A stretch of 62,245 nt of DNA, filler included, from Rhabdomonas costata (lineage: Eukaryota), in assembly GCA_019059605.1 (NCBI GenBank). It is 28 parts of 28 records of this genome, joined end to end, with 100 filler letters (N's around TTAATTAATTAA, not from the genome) between each part and the next. Parts side by side here need not be neighbours in the genome. Positions count along the whole stretch, not along the records: positions 51,226 to 53,349 come from JAHMHO010005451.1; positions 53,450 to 55,574 come from JAHMHO010005452.1; positions 55,675 to 57,797 come from JAHMHO010005453.1; positions 57,898 to 60,021 come from JAHMHO010005454.1; positions 60,122 to 62,245 come from JAHMHO010005455.1; 23 more parts are not named here. One strand, 5' to 3'. A program made the translations under genes and the position numbers. The notes beneath the pieces are model-generated. The model did no database searches. It saw only the letters and a list, made by a program, of their open reading frames with translations, and was not told where the DNA came from. This document shows, in pieces, positions 51,646 through 62,245 of the stretch (within the stretch, counting starts at the first letter, position 1; the number at the start of each line of letters is the position of its first letter).

Positions 51646-53280
51646 GTCGGAGCAGGTGCCGTGAGCGTTGCATGGGTTGCAGGCCCCACCGGGGCACTGG
51701 CTCTGGCAGGCCGCGCCGTAGTACCCCGCCTGGCACGCCGAACAGTCCGTTCCTGTCCAGAACCTATGGGTGAGTGCCACAGAGTGAAGCTCGAACCAGA
51801 AAGCGTTCCAGAATCTTTACTGTTAGCAGCCCCCTGAGCAAACCCTAAAGGCAGTGACAGCGTTTGACTGCATCTCCACGCTTCGGTGTCCATTCTCAAA
51901 GATACAGTTTGGCCTTCTCAGTGCCTTTTCCGCAATTCCAAGGGTCTCGGTTGGCTTTTTGGGCCTTCAAGCATACATTTCCCTGTGCAGGCTGGCACAC
52001 AATGCCTCAACTCGTGGTCAGGAGAGCTCAGCATACCAAAGGGTTAAGCCCTGGAGTACTTCAAGCTGCCACTCAAGTGGATCGGAATGTTTCATTGGTG
52101 TGACGGTCAAAAATAGGGATGACTGTTATTGACGCACCACACACACCAGCCGTGGCACTACGAAAGCCAGCGAGTGACAGCTGATATCTGTATTTTCTGT
52201 ATTAACACGAGCGTGTAAAATAGCCACCACATACCCTTGACTGAGGGAGCTGTAGCACTGGCAGGTGGGCTGACCCAGAATCGCGACGCACGCTCCCTTG
52301 GCATTGCAGAGCCCTGCGAAACGAAAAATGTCACCTTCCACTGCAAAAGTGAAGCCACGGTCAACGATGCACCCGCCGTCACTGTAAGAGATGGTTTGAT
52401 TACGGCACAAACGTGACTCACAAACGCAGCATCAGTAATTCCATTGCGAACCGGAAAGCATCGCAGCAACCCGACAAACTGATTACTTCTCAACACAATC
52501 CAAGGTGAAGGGTACATCCGACCTCCTAATCAAATCAAAAGAGCCTTGAAAGGAAGGGGGGTCGTCAGATTCTCAGCTGTGCCTCTTGTCTAAGCATCCA
52601 ATGCGTTTCGCGGTCACCTTTACTGCCTGAGCTTATCCTCCTGCAGGTCGAGTCTACTCCAGTAGCATCAAAAGAAGCAGCGGTTGAGGAGTAGGCAGTC
52701 TAGACCTTTTCAGTTCCTAACATCCAGTAATGATTTCCCGGAGCACAACACGCCTAAGCTCACCACCTCGGTTTGAAAACCTGGACGGTTGAGCACTTTC
52801 CCCCACGTTAGCATTCAGTAGCTGTTTCTGCAATCCTGTTGGCCTGTTGACAGCCGCTTTCCAGGCTGAGACTGTGGGGGTGTGGGATTCCTCCATCCCA
52901 TATAGTTCCGACTTCATTTCATGATTCCACATCCCTGCAACGTGCGTTTTTTGGGTGTTTGCGCATTCCTATTTTCGGGTGGAGTGCGGGTTTCGGCCCC
53001 AGCAGTTCGCCCCAAAAGTTCCTGAAAAAACAAAAAATGTGCCCTTAAGATCAGATGCCGCGACACCTGAAGGAAACCTTGCGAGGTGGGGGAGGGTTGG
53101 GTTTACCTTGTGCGGTGCCAACGCAGGTGATGTTGCACTGGCCCGCGGGGAACCACCCCGTGACACAGTCCGAGCACGAGCCCCCCGTGAAGTAGCCCAG
53201 GGCAGCGCTGCTGTAGCAGCTGCACGTGCCGTCCACGGTGCTGCACGTCCCGTGCAGGTTGCACGGCTGCCCCGATGGCC
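51646..53280 (-). CDS. EGF/laminin-EGF repeat surface protein (exons 53280-53107, 52313-52235, 51763-51646)
   Basis: PCNLHGTCSTVDGTCSCYSS...GYFTGGSCSDC, LCNAKGAC...CQCYSS...G|FWTGTDCSACQAGYYGAACQSQCPGGACNPCNAHGTC. GT-AG and in phase. Confidence 0.9.
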
Positions 53281-56200
53281 CTGACCATCCCACAAAAGCA
53301 GTGCCGTACGTAACACGAGGAAGGGAAAAGAAAAGCTCTCAAAAACCACNNNNNNNNNNNNNNNNNNNNNNNNNNNNNNNNNNNNNNNNNNNNTTAATTA
53401 ATTAANNNNNNNNNNNNNNNNNNNNNNNNNNNNNNNNNNNNNNNNNNNNGGGCGGGGTTATCCCAGGAGTACTTCATGCTGGCTTCGTAATGCGTCGGAG
53501 TCCTTGGGTTTAGAACTGCAGTTGAGGCATTTTGGGGGTAATTTGGTCCTTTTTTGTCTTAAGTCCTTGTTTTTAGCCCTTTGAGCACCTGGGCACTGAG
53601 CCTAAACTTTCGGTGGGTGCTGCTTGGTCTTTCTGAGCGTAAACTCAGAAGTACTTCATGCAGGTCGTGGAATGGGCATCGGCTGGCCCTCCTGCTTGCC
53701 CCCCAAAAGAGAATACTTGCTGGTATGCACTCGAACAGCGGAAATGTGCAGACAAGGGTTTTTGATTACATCATTAAAATTTTCATTGATTCATGCTTGC
53801 GCGTTCAGGCAGGACACTGACAAGGACTGGCAGTGGGATCCTACTCACCTCGTGCTGGCAATGAAGGCGGTGCTTTCGTCGCGTTGAGTTGCCCCGCCAT
53901 TGCGGCGTCTGAAAGTCGCAAGACCGGAACGCTGTCACGCATGGTTCCTGGTCGCCAGCTCCTGTGCTGGGGTCAGTCGTTTCATTGATCCTGGATCACT
54001 CCGTGCAAATCGCTGAACCTCACCCAATGTTCCTTGTGTTGGTACACGATGGCTGAGGAACGAGCTGTGGGAGGAAATACTTTGCTTCACGATGCCCCCA
54101 ATGAAGGGTGTGCGAACCATAGGGAAGAGGAGGAAAGAGAGCTCTCTTGCGCTTCCCCTCGACATTGCCGGACCTGGTGTCTTGTCAAAGGGCGAAGGTT
54201 GTGTGTTGTTTAGGCTGACGTGCGGTCTCATGGTAAATAAGACTGTGACCATGGTAAATAGGCCATGAGCACAGTCAAGGAAGACTGGCGGTGACTCGAT
54301 ATTTTTCCATCGGTCTGAGAAGCAGGATTTGTGAGGAAATCGCACAAGGAAGGCGACATCAGAACTTTACCTCCTCTTCTCGCAGAACTTCCATGGACCC
54401 TTTTGGGACACTGCGGGACACTGCTCGCATCGACTGAAAATGGTACCTCCAAAAAAAGCCGGGGATGCATGCGGCAACATCCCTGCCCAAAAAAACTGAC
54501 CAGACAACAGGCAATGCCCCCCATGGTAAACCAGCCACCAAATGGCAGTCCTTGGGTGAGGAACAGCATGTGGAAGGTTGTCCCCCGTCGGTCAGGCATT
54601 TTCGCGTCTTCTGCGTCCTCCCCCTGTAGGGAGGCATTCGGAGATTCGGAGTCGATCCGATCCAGGCTTTTTACCCACCTTTCCCCGTTTCCTTTGGCTC
54701 TTTTTGGCCCCCGCTTCAACGGAAGCCGCCTTCCGAACCTGGCCAAACGCTCGGGCCTGCCGCAGGCCGCGCCCATGCCCATAAACCACCCGGCAGTGTT
54801 GGTCCGCACGCCCCGGGTTTCACACCAGGACTAAAAAGCAGCGACGGGCACCCGAACAGCCGCCGCGCGCCCTTATGATCGAGGCGTCCCGGCCAACCAT
54901 CGCTTAACCACGCGGGGGTGGGGAAATGATGCCTATTGTTTTGGAAAAATATTTTGGGAAATCCGAAATGACGTGAAAGAACGCGGAAATCCTTCTCCTC
55001 GTAAGTTTAGGCTCGCCTTTACGCCCATCCTGCGCCCAAATCCTTCCATTTGACCATGACCAGGATGAAAGACGTGGGGAAATGCCGCACAGGCAGCTTC
55101 CATAGCTTTTACGTCCGTGGCATGTTTATGAATTTCCCGATTATCCCGTTTCCAAAACGTTGCGTTCAGCTGCGGAAATGCCGCGGTTTTTATGGCTTTT
55201 TGATGAAAAAGCTGCTTTCGATTTGCTTTATATATGCCCAAGGTTCTTCTGAAAGTTGTTGGGTGTTTTTGGGTGATTCTTATTACGCTTTTCATTGCGT
55301 CCGCGTTCCTCGGGGCAAAATGCGCGCCAGTCTCCCAAAAGGTCTATTAGAAGGGGGGAAACAAAGCTTAAGGGTGAACCAGTGTTTTTGCAGCGCTCAG
55401 ACCCTGAGAAAAATAAGCGGGGAGTAAGAGGCAAATTTACGCGAGCAGGGCAAGGACGGCGAGCTGGAGAATGGAGGGAATGGAAGGAAAGAAACTCCCC
55501 ACGCCATTGATATCATGGCAAACGCCAGGACGCGTTCACCTGCGGCAACTTTATCTGCTGCAACCACACCCACCNNNNNNNNNNNNNNNNNNNNNNNNNN
55601 NNNNNNNNNNNNNNNNNNTTAATTAATTAANNNNNNNNNNNNNNNNNNNNNNNNNNNNNNNNNNNNNNNNNNNNTGTGGTTTGTCACAGATAGATCCTTG
55701 ACAAAGCGCGGTCTCGTGACGTTTTTTACCTGCTGTTTTTTGGTCAACGGAGGATGGTTTGGATTTGGAATGCCGTGATGCCTTGCAAAATTTCTTGGGA
55801 AACATTTCATTTCGGCTGCGGGCAGCTGTGAATGGACTTTCTTAGAAGTTTTTGGGTGGCGCAATTTGTTTGAAGGGTTAGTGGGTTGAATTCGACTTCT
55901 TGCTTCTTTCACCAGCCCGGCCACGGTGCAAGCGAGAGCCGGAATGAAGCTCGTTGAGAGGTGTTTGGACCTCTCGGTGCGGCATGGTATGAATGGTCGC
56001 TGACGGAGGTGGCTTGATTCCCCGAGGAGTCACATTCCCCGATGTCTTGTTATATGAGATATGGCAAGTCTCCAACAGGGCCTCTGGGTTGAACTTGCTT
56101 TCACAAAGAGGGGGCAGCACCGTACGTTACGCACTTAATTTGCTTTCCTACGGTACCGTACGTTTCGCACGTAATGTGTTGGCTTGCAATAGAACGAGTT

Positions 56201-57640
56201 TGGTGCTCCCTTTTACTCGCTCACCTGCGGTGGCCCATACTTCGGCAAGATCTCCTTCCACAACAACCTTCTTCTTCATATAGGTCGGGTGCGAGGGCTT
56301 TTAAGTTTACCCTTCATTTTTCCCGTGTTTACGGTCCATTGCTTTTGACATGTTTTTTAACGCGTGGCGGCGTCGATAACCAAAAGACTGCAGGAAGATG
56401 GGTGGCAGGGGCTCTCCTTCGTCAAAGGGACCTCGCTTGCACGTGGAACATGTTGCTGGCGTGGTGCGAGTTACTCGTGGTATGCTGCAACGACCCCTAC
56501 AATTCCCGGGTCTCCGCTTGTCTTCCGGCCAACCTTTACTCTGCACAGCGTAAGCTCCTCTCGCTTTACTCGGCAGGTGTTCTCTTCCTTTTACCGTGCG
56601 CTGCTTTTTCTGTGTTACTTTTTTTCTTGTTTTTTGCTGTTCGATTCGTGGTCGCTCCTCAATGGATCCTCCCCCGCTTTCTTTGAAGCCTCCCTCCCGG
56701 GAGTCTCGACTGTGGAGGCTCTGCTCCGTTCGTGCGGTCAGCCTGATCTTCTTTGTGCTGGCCCTGGTGCTAACCACGCTGCTGGTGGTTCTGGTAATGG
56801 TGGGGTACTCCAGCGGTGCGCTGAGGGACCTGAAATATTCGTCGGCGAGAGCGATGCTGAGCATCTCCAACCGCAGTGCTACCATCATGGCCACCACAGC
56901 GGAGCAGGCTGGGTCGGCGTTGACGCGTACGGTGGAGCTTTCGTCGAGCTCGATGATGGCGGCCTCTTCGGCCTCGCAGGCGCAAGTACAGTCCCTTAGT
57001 GCGGACATGATGGGCAAAATTATGGCTCAGGTTCGCAGCTTTGCAGTTGCCCGCTGCCTGCAGTGTATCGGGTTGCCGGTGTCGAGCGCTTTGACTTTTT
57101 GCTTGTATCCGCAACTGTGCTTTTTGGTGTATGGAGGGAACCTTTTGTCGTGGGATGCCTTTCGTTGCTTTTGTTGGAATGGACCGGACCGGACCAGAGA
57201 CCTACATTGATCTAAGAACTCGAGCTAGAGTGACGGGTTGGGGCTCATATTTTTTTTTGATGGTATGGTAGCACTTCTCAGATGAGTTGGTTGGCCGCTT
57301 CCCGGCCTCGAACTCCTCCATCCCGAGATATGGCCCCTTCAAGGTCCCATTTTGGCCTTTTTTGGCCTTGGCATTTTCGACTAAGGAAAATTTTCAAGGG
57401 CGACTTATAGGCCCTTTGCAGGCCTGCATGCTGAGCCCAAGCTTTCGGCCGGGCCTGCTTAGCATACCTAAGGGTAGAGCCCAGGAGTACTTCATGCTGG
57501 CACCGGAGTGGGCTGGAATGCTTCGGTTTAGAGCCACGCTAGAGGGCATTTCAGGGCCCTTTTTGGGTATTTTTGAGCCCATCCTGCCTTTACACAGGCT
57601 TGAAAGGGCGCTTTTTTGGTCCTTTGCAGGCCTGCATATT
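51890..57640 (+). repeat. Dispersed degenerate repeat family; copies at ~51890-52095, ~53450-53680 (tandem) and ~57320-57640
   Basis: Shared core gggt(a/t)..ccc(a/t)ggagtacttca(t/a)gctg. cccaggagtacttcatgctggc is identical at 53462 and 57480. Confidence 0.8.
56662..57030 (+). CDS. First exon of a membrane receptor-like protein (N-terminal TM plus helical extracellular region)
   Basis: ATG, then SVRAVSLIFFVLALVLTTLLVVLVMVGY (TM) and an Ala/Ser-rich helix; donor GTTCGC. Layout resembles TM1 of dCache/HAMP receptors (inference). Confidence 0.6.
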
Positions 57641-58783
57641 GATGAGAGAAAGAACTGGCACACCGTCCGCCCACCTGCACGTCGGTGTGTCAGCAACAAT
57701 TTGCTTGTGGGTGCTGTCGTTAAAACCTCCGCTGCGTGGGGCAAGAAGCAGCACAAAAGGGATACAAGTGAGCCGCCCAAGGGCTCCACAACCACCCNNN
57801 NNNNNNNNNNNNNNNNNNNNNNNNNNNNNNNNNNNNNNNNNTTAATTAATTAANNNNNNNNNNNNNNNNNNNNNNNNNNNNNNNNNNNNNNNNNNNNGTT
57901 TTTGGGGTCCATTGAGTGATGAAAGCACAGTATCTCGCTGATGGCCGCCAATTCGCTGACCGTGACGGATGTTTTGTATGACGGGACTCACGATTTTCCT
58001 TGATGTTGTCCATTTTTGCACTTGAATTATTCTTCTATGCTCTGCAACAATTTTTCCTTTTGCTTTTGTTTGCAGATAAAGTCCCCGGTAGTTGCAGCGA
58101 CTTGTCGGGTCGTTTTGGTACGCGAGCATGTTTTTATTTCTGTCGTTGATTCTCTTCACGTTCGCGTGTATGTTTTTGGTTTCAAATAAAGATACTTAGC
58201 ATTTTGAAAACGGCCAGTTTTCGGTATAGTGTAAAAGGTGGATTGTGTTGTTTTCTGTGATTTGTCGTCAATACAACCGTCGTATAACGTTTCGCACTGT
58301 GCAGAAAGTTTTCGGAAACTGGAGCGCGGTTCGCCCTGAAATGATTCAAGTCTCTGCCCACGGTACTGTCTTCTACACCGCTTTTTACCCCATCCGGCAG
58401 CATGAGTTGAGGTTTGCTTAGCATGCAAATTTGGCTGTACTGTGCTTTGATGTGCTATGTTTTGCTGTGGTTGCATGAAGTGCATTCTTGTGGGGGAAGT
58501 ATTTCTAGTCAGATTTGGGTACACTTGCAATAATTTGTTCCTGTTGGCGAGTGTTTGGACCTGTACACGGTGAAAGGAAACACACGCATCACCACAACAC
58601 GAAACAAACGCACACGCAACGCAAGTGAAAGAGGGCATCGATAAGAAGTTAAGCTGCACCTAACTGATGACACTCACGCCTGGGTGCTTGAGGGATGATT
58701 CGTTCTGTTGTCAGAAGTGGGGTGCCGGCTCGGCTCACCAGCCTCTTCGTTGTGCCCATATGTGCATCCGTCTGAACTAGCTC

Positions 58784-58935
58784 GATGCTACCATCACATC
58801 ACTTTCAAGCTGAGATCACCCAAAAGAAGAGAAACCACAAAACCACAAAACCAGATGCAAGCTTGAAAGTGATGTGATGGTAGCATCTGGTTTTGTGGTT
58901 TTGTGGTTTCTCTTCTTTTGGGTGATCTCAGCTTG
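58784..58935. repeat. Interlocked perfect inverted repeats A-B-A'-B' (28 bp and 53 bp)
   Basis: 58784-58811 is the reverse complement of 58860-58887; 58806-58858 is the reverse complement of 58883-58935. Confidence 0.95.
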
Positions 58936-59652
58936 GTCGCCGTACAGTACATTTCCGAAGAAGAGCTCTTGGGTCCAATGAACGAGAGGTTTAGCGGCCT
59001 TTTGGCGCTGTTGTTTTGCCTGCTTCTGGTGCTGACGCTGGTGGCAGTTCCCTGCTCGTACATGTTGGCCTACCCCTTGGCTCGAATGGCGCTGCAGATG
59101 CAGCACCTGTGCACGGTGTGCCCTTGCGGTGCAGAGATCTGTCACGTCAGGCCCATCTTAGAATTCAAGAGTGGCCTTTTTTTTCTTGATCCGCGCATTG
59201 CGCTTAGCTAAAATCCTCTCCTCTTGGTTTCTGCTGTTGTCTGCGCCCAACTTTGAACACTAGTCAATTTTCGGAATTCCGCTGGAATCAAAAAATTTGT
59301 GTTGTGATACTGGCTTTGACACCTGCTCCACTAATTCAACTGGCACGTATTATCGCTGAGTTGCATTCTGTGACAGCTTCGGATTTCGGCTCTTCTTTTC
59401 CGTACTGGTGACTTCTGCGTTCCAAGAGGCAACATCTGCATCTGCGCAACTGCGAAGTTGTCAACCGGGCTCATCCAGGCTTTTCCGTCCTGCAAGTGAT
59501 AGCGGGAACCGATGGAGTGGTTGTCACAGTGTGCATTCTCCGCAGATGAACGTACATGATGTTCGCCCTCTGGAGCCCTCCAGGCTCACAGAGCTTCGCG
59601 TTTTGGGGCAAGCTTTCAACCACCTGGTCTCCAACCTGAAGGAGTTTCGCAA
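58932..59652 (+). CDS. TM plus HAMP-like segment of a probable receptor adenylyl/guanylyl cyclase (exons 58932-59115, 59546-59652)
   Basis: ISEEELLGPM...LLALLFCLLLVLTLVAV...LAYPLARMALQMQHLCT|MNV...SRLTELRVLGQAFNHLVSNLKEFRK. TM-HAMP followed by the F.KY linker that typically precedes class III cyclase domains; catalytic domain not present. Confidence 0.72.
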
Positions 59653-59673
59653 GTATGCATTGCTTGAAGGAGT

Positions 59674-60017
59674 TTTTTTTCAGGGGAAGTGGAAATGGAG
59701 GGTTACTTATCTCACTTCCTGTTTCCGAATAGTCGTTCTTCAAGGTTTGCTTATGGTCTCCTTGTCCTCCTGGTAGATCAAATCGATGAAGAGATCGGCA
59801 ACAGTGTTTCTTGCGAGAGAGAGAGAGGTGGAAGAAAAAAAGCTGAATGCGTCTACTTTGGGAAGCAAACGGGAGCCGAAAGCTACATACGCAATATCTG
59901 TAAGTAGAGGTGGCAGGAATGAACCGATGATGGGGACAGGGAGGGGGTCGGCAAAGAAATAAAAGGGAAGGGAAGGGAGATAAGTAACCCTCCATTTCCA
60001 CTTCCCCTGAAAAAAAA
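59674..60017. mobile_element. MITE-like / nonconventional-intron-like element with ~46-bp terminal inverted repeats, inside an intron
   Basis: tttttttcaggggaagtggaaatggagggttacttatctcacttcc ... ggaagggagataagtaaccctccatttccacttcccctgaaaaaaa (1 mismatch), no recognisable coding interior. Confidence 0.7.
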
Positions 60018-60121
60018 CCCCNNNNNNNNNNNNNNNNNNNNNNNNNNNNNNNNNNNNNNNNNNNNTTAATTAATTAANNNNNNNNNNNNNNNNNNNNNNN
60101 NNNNNNNNNNNNNNNNNNNNN

Positions 60122-61938
60122 TGTTTGTGGGACAAGAAAGACCTTCGCCGCTGACGTGGGGCGCATTGCCGCCCTGCGTCAGGTTCATCGAGTGAAAGGA
60201 GAGGGGGTGGTTCCCAAAGCCTCGTGTCAGAGCAGCCTTGTCAAGTTCCGTGAGATCATCATGGAAGACTACCACGGGATACCGCGGGGCTCGACGCAGG
60301 AAGTGCGCTCGCAGCTTCCGCAGCGTGGTCGACAGAATGTCCACACGGGCGTGGCAGCTGAAGAGGTATATCACCCCTCGAGGCAGAGTTGCGGCTTGTA
60401 GAGCTCCGCGAGAAAGAAGATCGCGGCCGCTGCGCTGCCATAAGTAGGAGCTGAACGGGATTCGGTTCTGCGACACAAGCAGTACCCCTTGATGGACAAA
60501 GGAGTAAGCTGCCGGGGCCATCGGGACGATGCCCGTGGCGACGTAAGAGTTCCTCGAGGCAATTTCCCGATGAAACACTCGGTACCCTTGCTCCTCCAGC
60601 GAGTTCAGCACTGCGGTGGCACGCTGGTCAGTGTCCGGACCGGGAATGGTGGACAGGTGCAGCACCACATCCAGCTCCCCCACAGGCAGCGGGAAAAGCA
60701 CAGCGGTCTCCATGATCTCCCACTCATGGCGCAGGAGGTCTATCATCATCAGATCCACGTAGAAGTGCCCCAGCATTGCCATCAGGTCGAGGAGTGGATA
60801 GGTGTTCAAAACAGGGATCGAATTCTTGTGTGCGGCAAGGCCCAGCTTGTGGTGGAGGATGCGGTCATGGACGCAGGAGGGGCTGAGCAGCCCTCGCGTG
60901 GGATCAAACAGGTGCACCTCGCAGGCGGTGCGGGTCACCAGCTCCCTCTCCACCTCGCAAGTATCCCTCCAGGTGAAGACATACACCAGGCAGGGCAGGG
61001 AAGGGCGGGTGTGGTTGGAAGGCGTTTGCTGAGGCTGAGGAAAACGCCGCCGCTCCAGAGGACGCAACCTGTGGGAATGCTCTTATTACTGCAGACGTTT
61101 GCTTTTAAGTGGTAATTACAAATTCCATTGATATTCATGCTTACCACTTTGGAAACAAGCCCGCGCCTGCATCATGAATGCTGCTACTTCGGGGCATTTG
61201 GATTTGAGCTCCGTGCATTACACTGCTGAAGTTATCCAGTACCAGGTTTGGCTAACAGAGGGGACACACATAAGGACCGACAAAAAGACACAGCAAAGAC
61301 ACAGCTCCCGCTGGTGCAGCGACAGTCTTCCTGCATATATGCTGTGAATCCTCCAGCCCTGCGGCTGGAGACGGCCCGGGCAACGGTGGAAACCACCGCT
61401 CCAGCTTGTGCGGCGAGCACAGCCACTTCCCAGCATCCCCAAGCGGCCCCACCCGCTCCGCCGTGAGGCACGGGAAGGTCGCGGGGTAGTAGTCCCACAG
61501 CGTCACGTGGGTCTCCTCGTCCCACACTAGCAGTTTGGCCCGGGTCGTTCGCCGCCGCTGCATCGCCCGCCGGTGCTGGCGCTGCGCCACTGCCTCCACC
61601 CACTCCGCCGTCACGCCCTGCACCGCGGCACAGCTCCCGTTGGAGAAATCCCAGGGAAAGGGAAGGCCCCTCTCGGGCTTAAAGGAAGGCAGCGGTGGGG
61701 GACCCATTTGTGGAGCTGGCAGCTCAAATAGAAACGGCAGCTCCGGAAGGCCGTCACCCGGCGATGCATGGGAAGTGGGCTTCCACTCATCGTGGGCAGA
61801 GTCGATGTTGTTAGGTGGTGTGGCAGAATATCGGTAGATGTAGACATAAAAGACAAAGATGAGATTCATAGCGGCCTGCAGGGCGAGGACCTTGCAGGTC
61901 GCTCGGCCGGTCAGAAGCCTTCGCGGGAAGCTTGGCAT
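60122..61938 (-). CDS. Type II membrane protein: METTL24/Methyltransf_22-like domain fused to a GT15 (KRE2/MNT1-like) glycosyltransferase N-terminus (exons 61938-61397, 61068-60122; 3'-truncated)
   Basis: Signal anchor; FPCLTAERVGPLGDAGKWLC, CLVYVF...E...CEVHLFDPT, LGHFYVDLMMID..HEW; then GVIYLF...LSTTLRKLRAHF....RYPVVVFHDDL. Confidence 0.75.
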
Positions 61939-62245
61939 TTAGGCCGGCTCAAAAACGGTGCCGCCGCCGCCGCCACTGCTGCAACAAGGGCTACCCACCC
62001 AAAAAAAAACTGAAGAACCCGCCAGATCGAACAAGCCAATAGAGGGGAGGACGGATTAGAGGAAAAGCTCACTTGGATTCCTCACACCAAATTAAGTTTT
62101 TCAGTATGGCGTTTTGGTGTTGGAGAGGAGGAAGTGTATCAGGTTTTGGTTCGTAGGAACATTATGGATGAATGACGCGCTGAAGCCGTTCGGTATATCC
62201 TGAAGAGAAGTAGGAAATACTTTCAAGGCTGACAAACAAAAAACA

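Noticed and set aside
54720..54925. GC-rich segment with an SRP-like GGCCAGGTTCGGAAGG on the minus strand
   Set aside because: It lacks the AGCAG half of the helix-8 loop and proper pairing, so no ncRNA call is supportable without a covariance search.
56662..59652. TM exon at 56662 and HAMP exons at 58932 as one gene
   Set aside because: A spacer separates them, so no linkage can be inferred even though the architectures are compatible.
60156..61115. Long plus-strand ORFs opposite coding exons (also 20013-20783, 36948-37518, 41216-41644, 56307-57017)
   Set aside because: Antisense shadows of GC-rich genes on the other strand.

Overview
This is not contiguous DNA. It is 28 unlinked contigs of about 2.12-2.13 kb joined by 27 identical 100-nt artificial spacers (N44-TTAATTAATTAA-N44), so gene order across spacers means nothing. 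The DNA is intron-rich eukaryotic nuclear sequence, most likely a euglenozoan (euglenid-like). That call is inferred from GTNTG-type and GC splice donors, a VP39-like cap methyltransferase and HAMP-type receptor cyclase fragments. Most contigs start with G/T-only tracts and end with A/C-only tracts, which suggests whole-genome amplification with K-degenerate primers. Splicing by hand recovers partial genes that the ORF track fragments or misses: a bacterial-type alpha/beta hydrolase, a TIM50-like protein, ACSF3-like acyl-CoA ligase, OCA/PFA-DSP phosphatase, cyclophilin, cysteine synthase, CcdA/DsbD, DPY-30, class-3 lipase, DYRK, MAPK, MAP2K, cap 2'-O-methyltransferase, ERG24-like sterol reductase, an EGF-repeat protein, a HAMP receptor and a methyltransferase-GT15 fusion. 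There is also an intronless F-box-LRR gene, a disrupted NACHT gene and a Ty3/gypsy gag remnant. The most unusual structures are: a circularly permuted inverted duplication (A-B-A'-B') covering a 3' splice site, an intronic element with 46-bp inverted repeats and CAG/CTG ends like euglenid nonconventional introns, a candidate nonconventional intron, and a ~185-210-bp repeat family on three contigs. No rRNA, tRNA, CRISPR or multi-gene novel system can be supported. All protein family calls come from motif recognition, not database searches.
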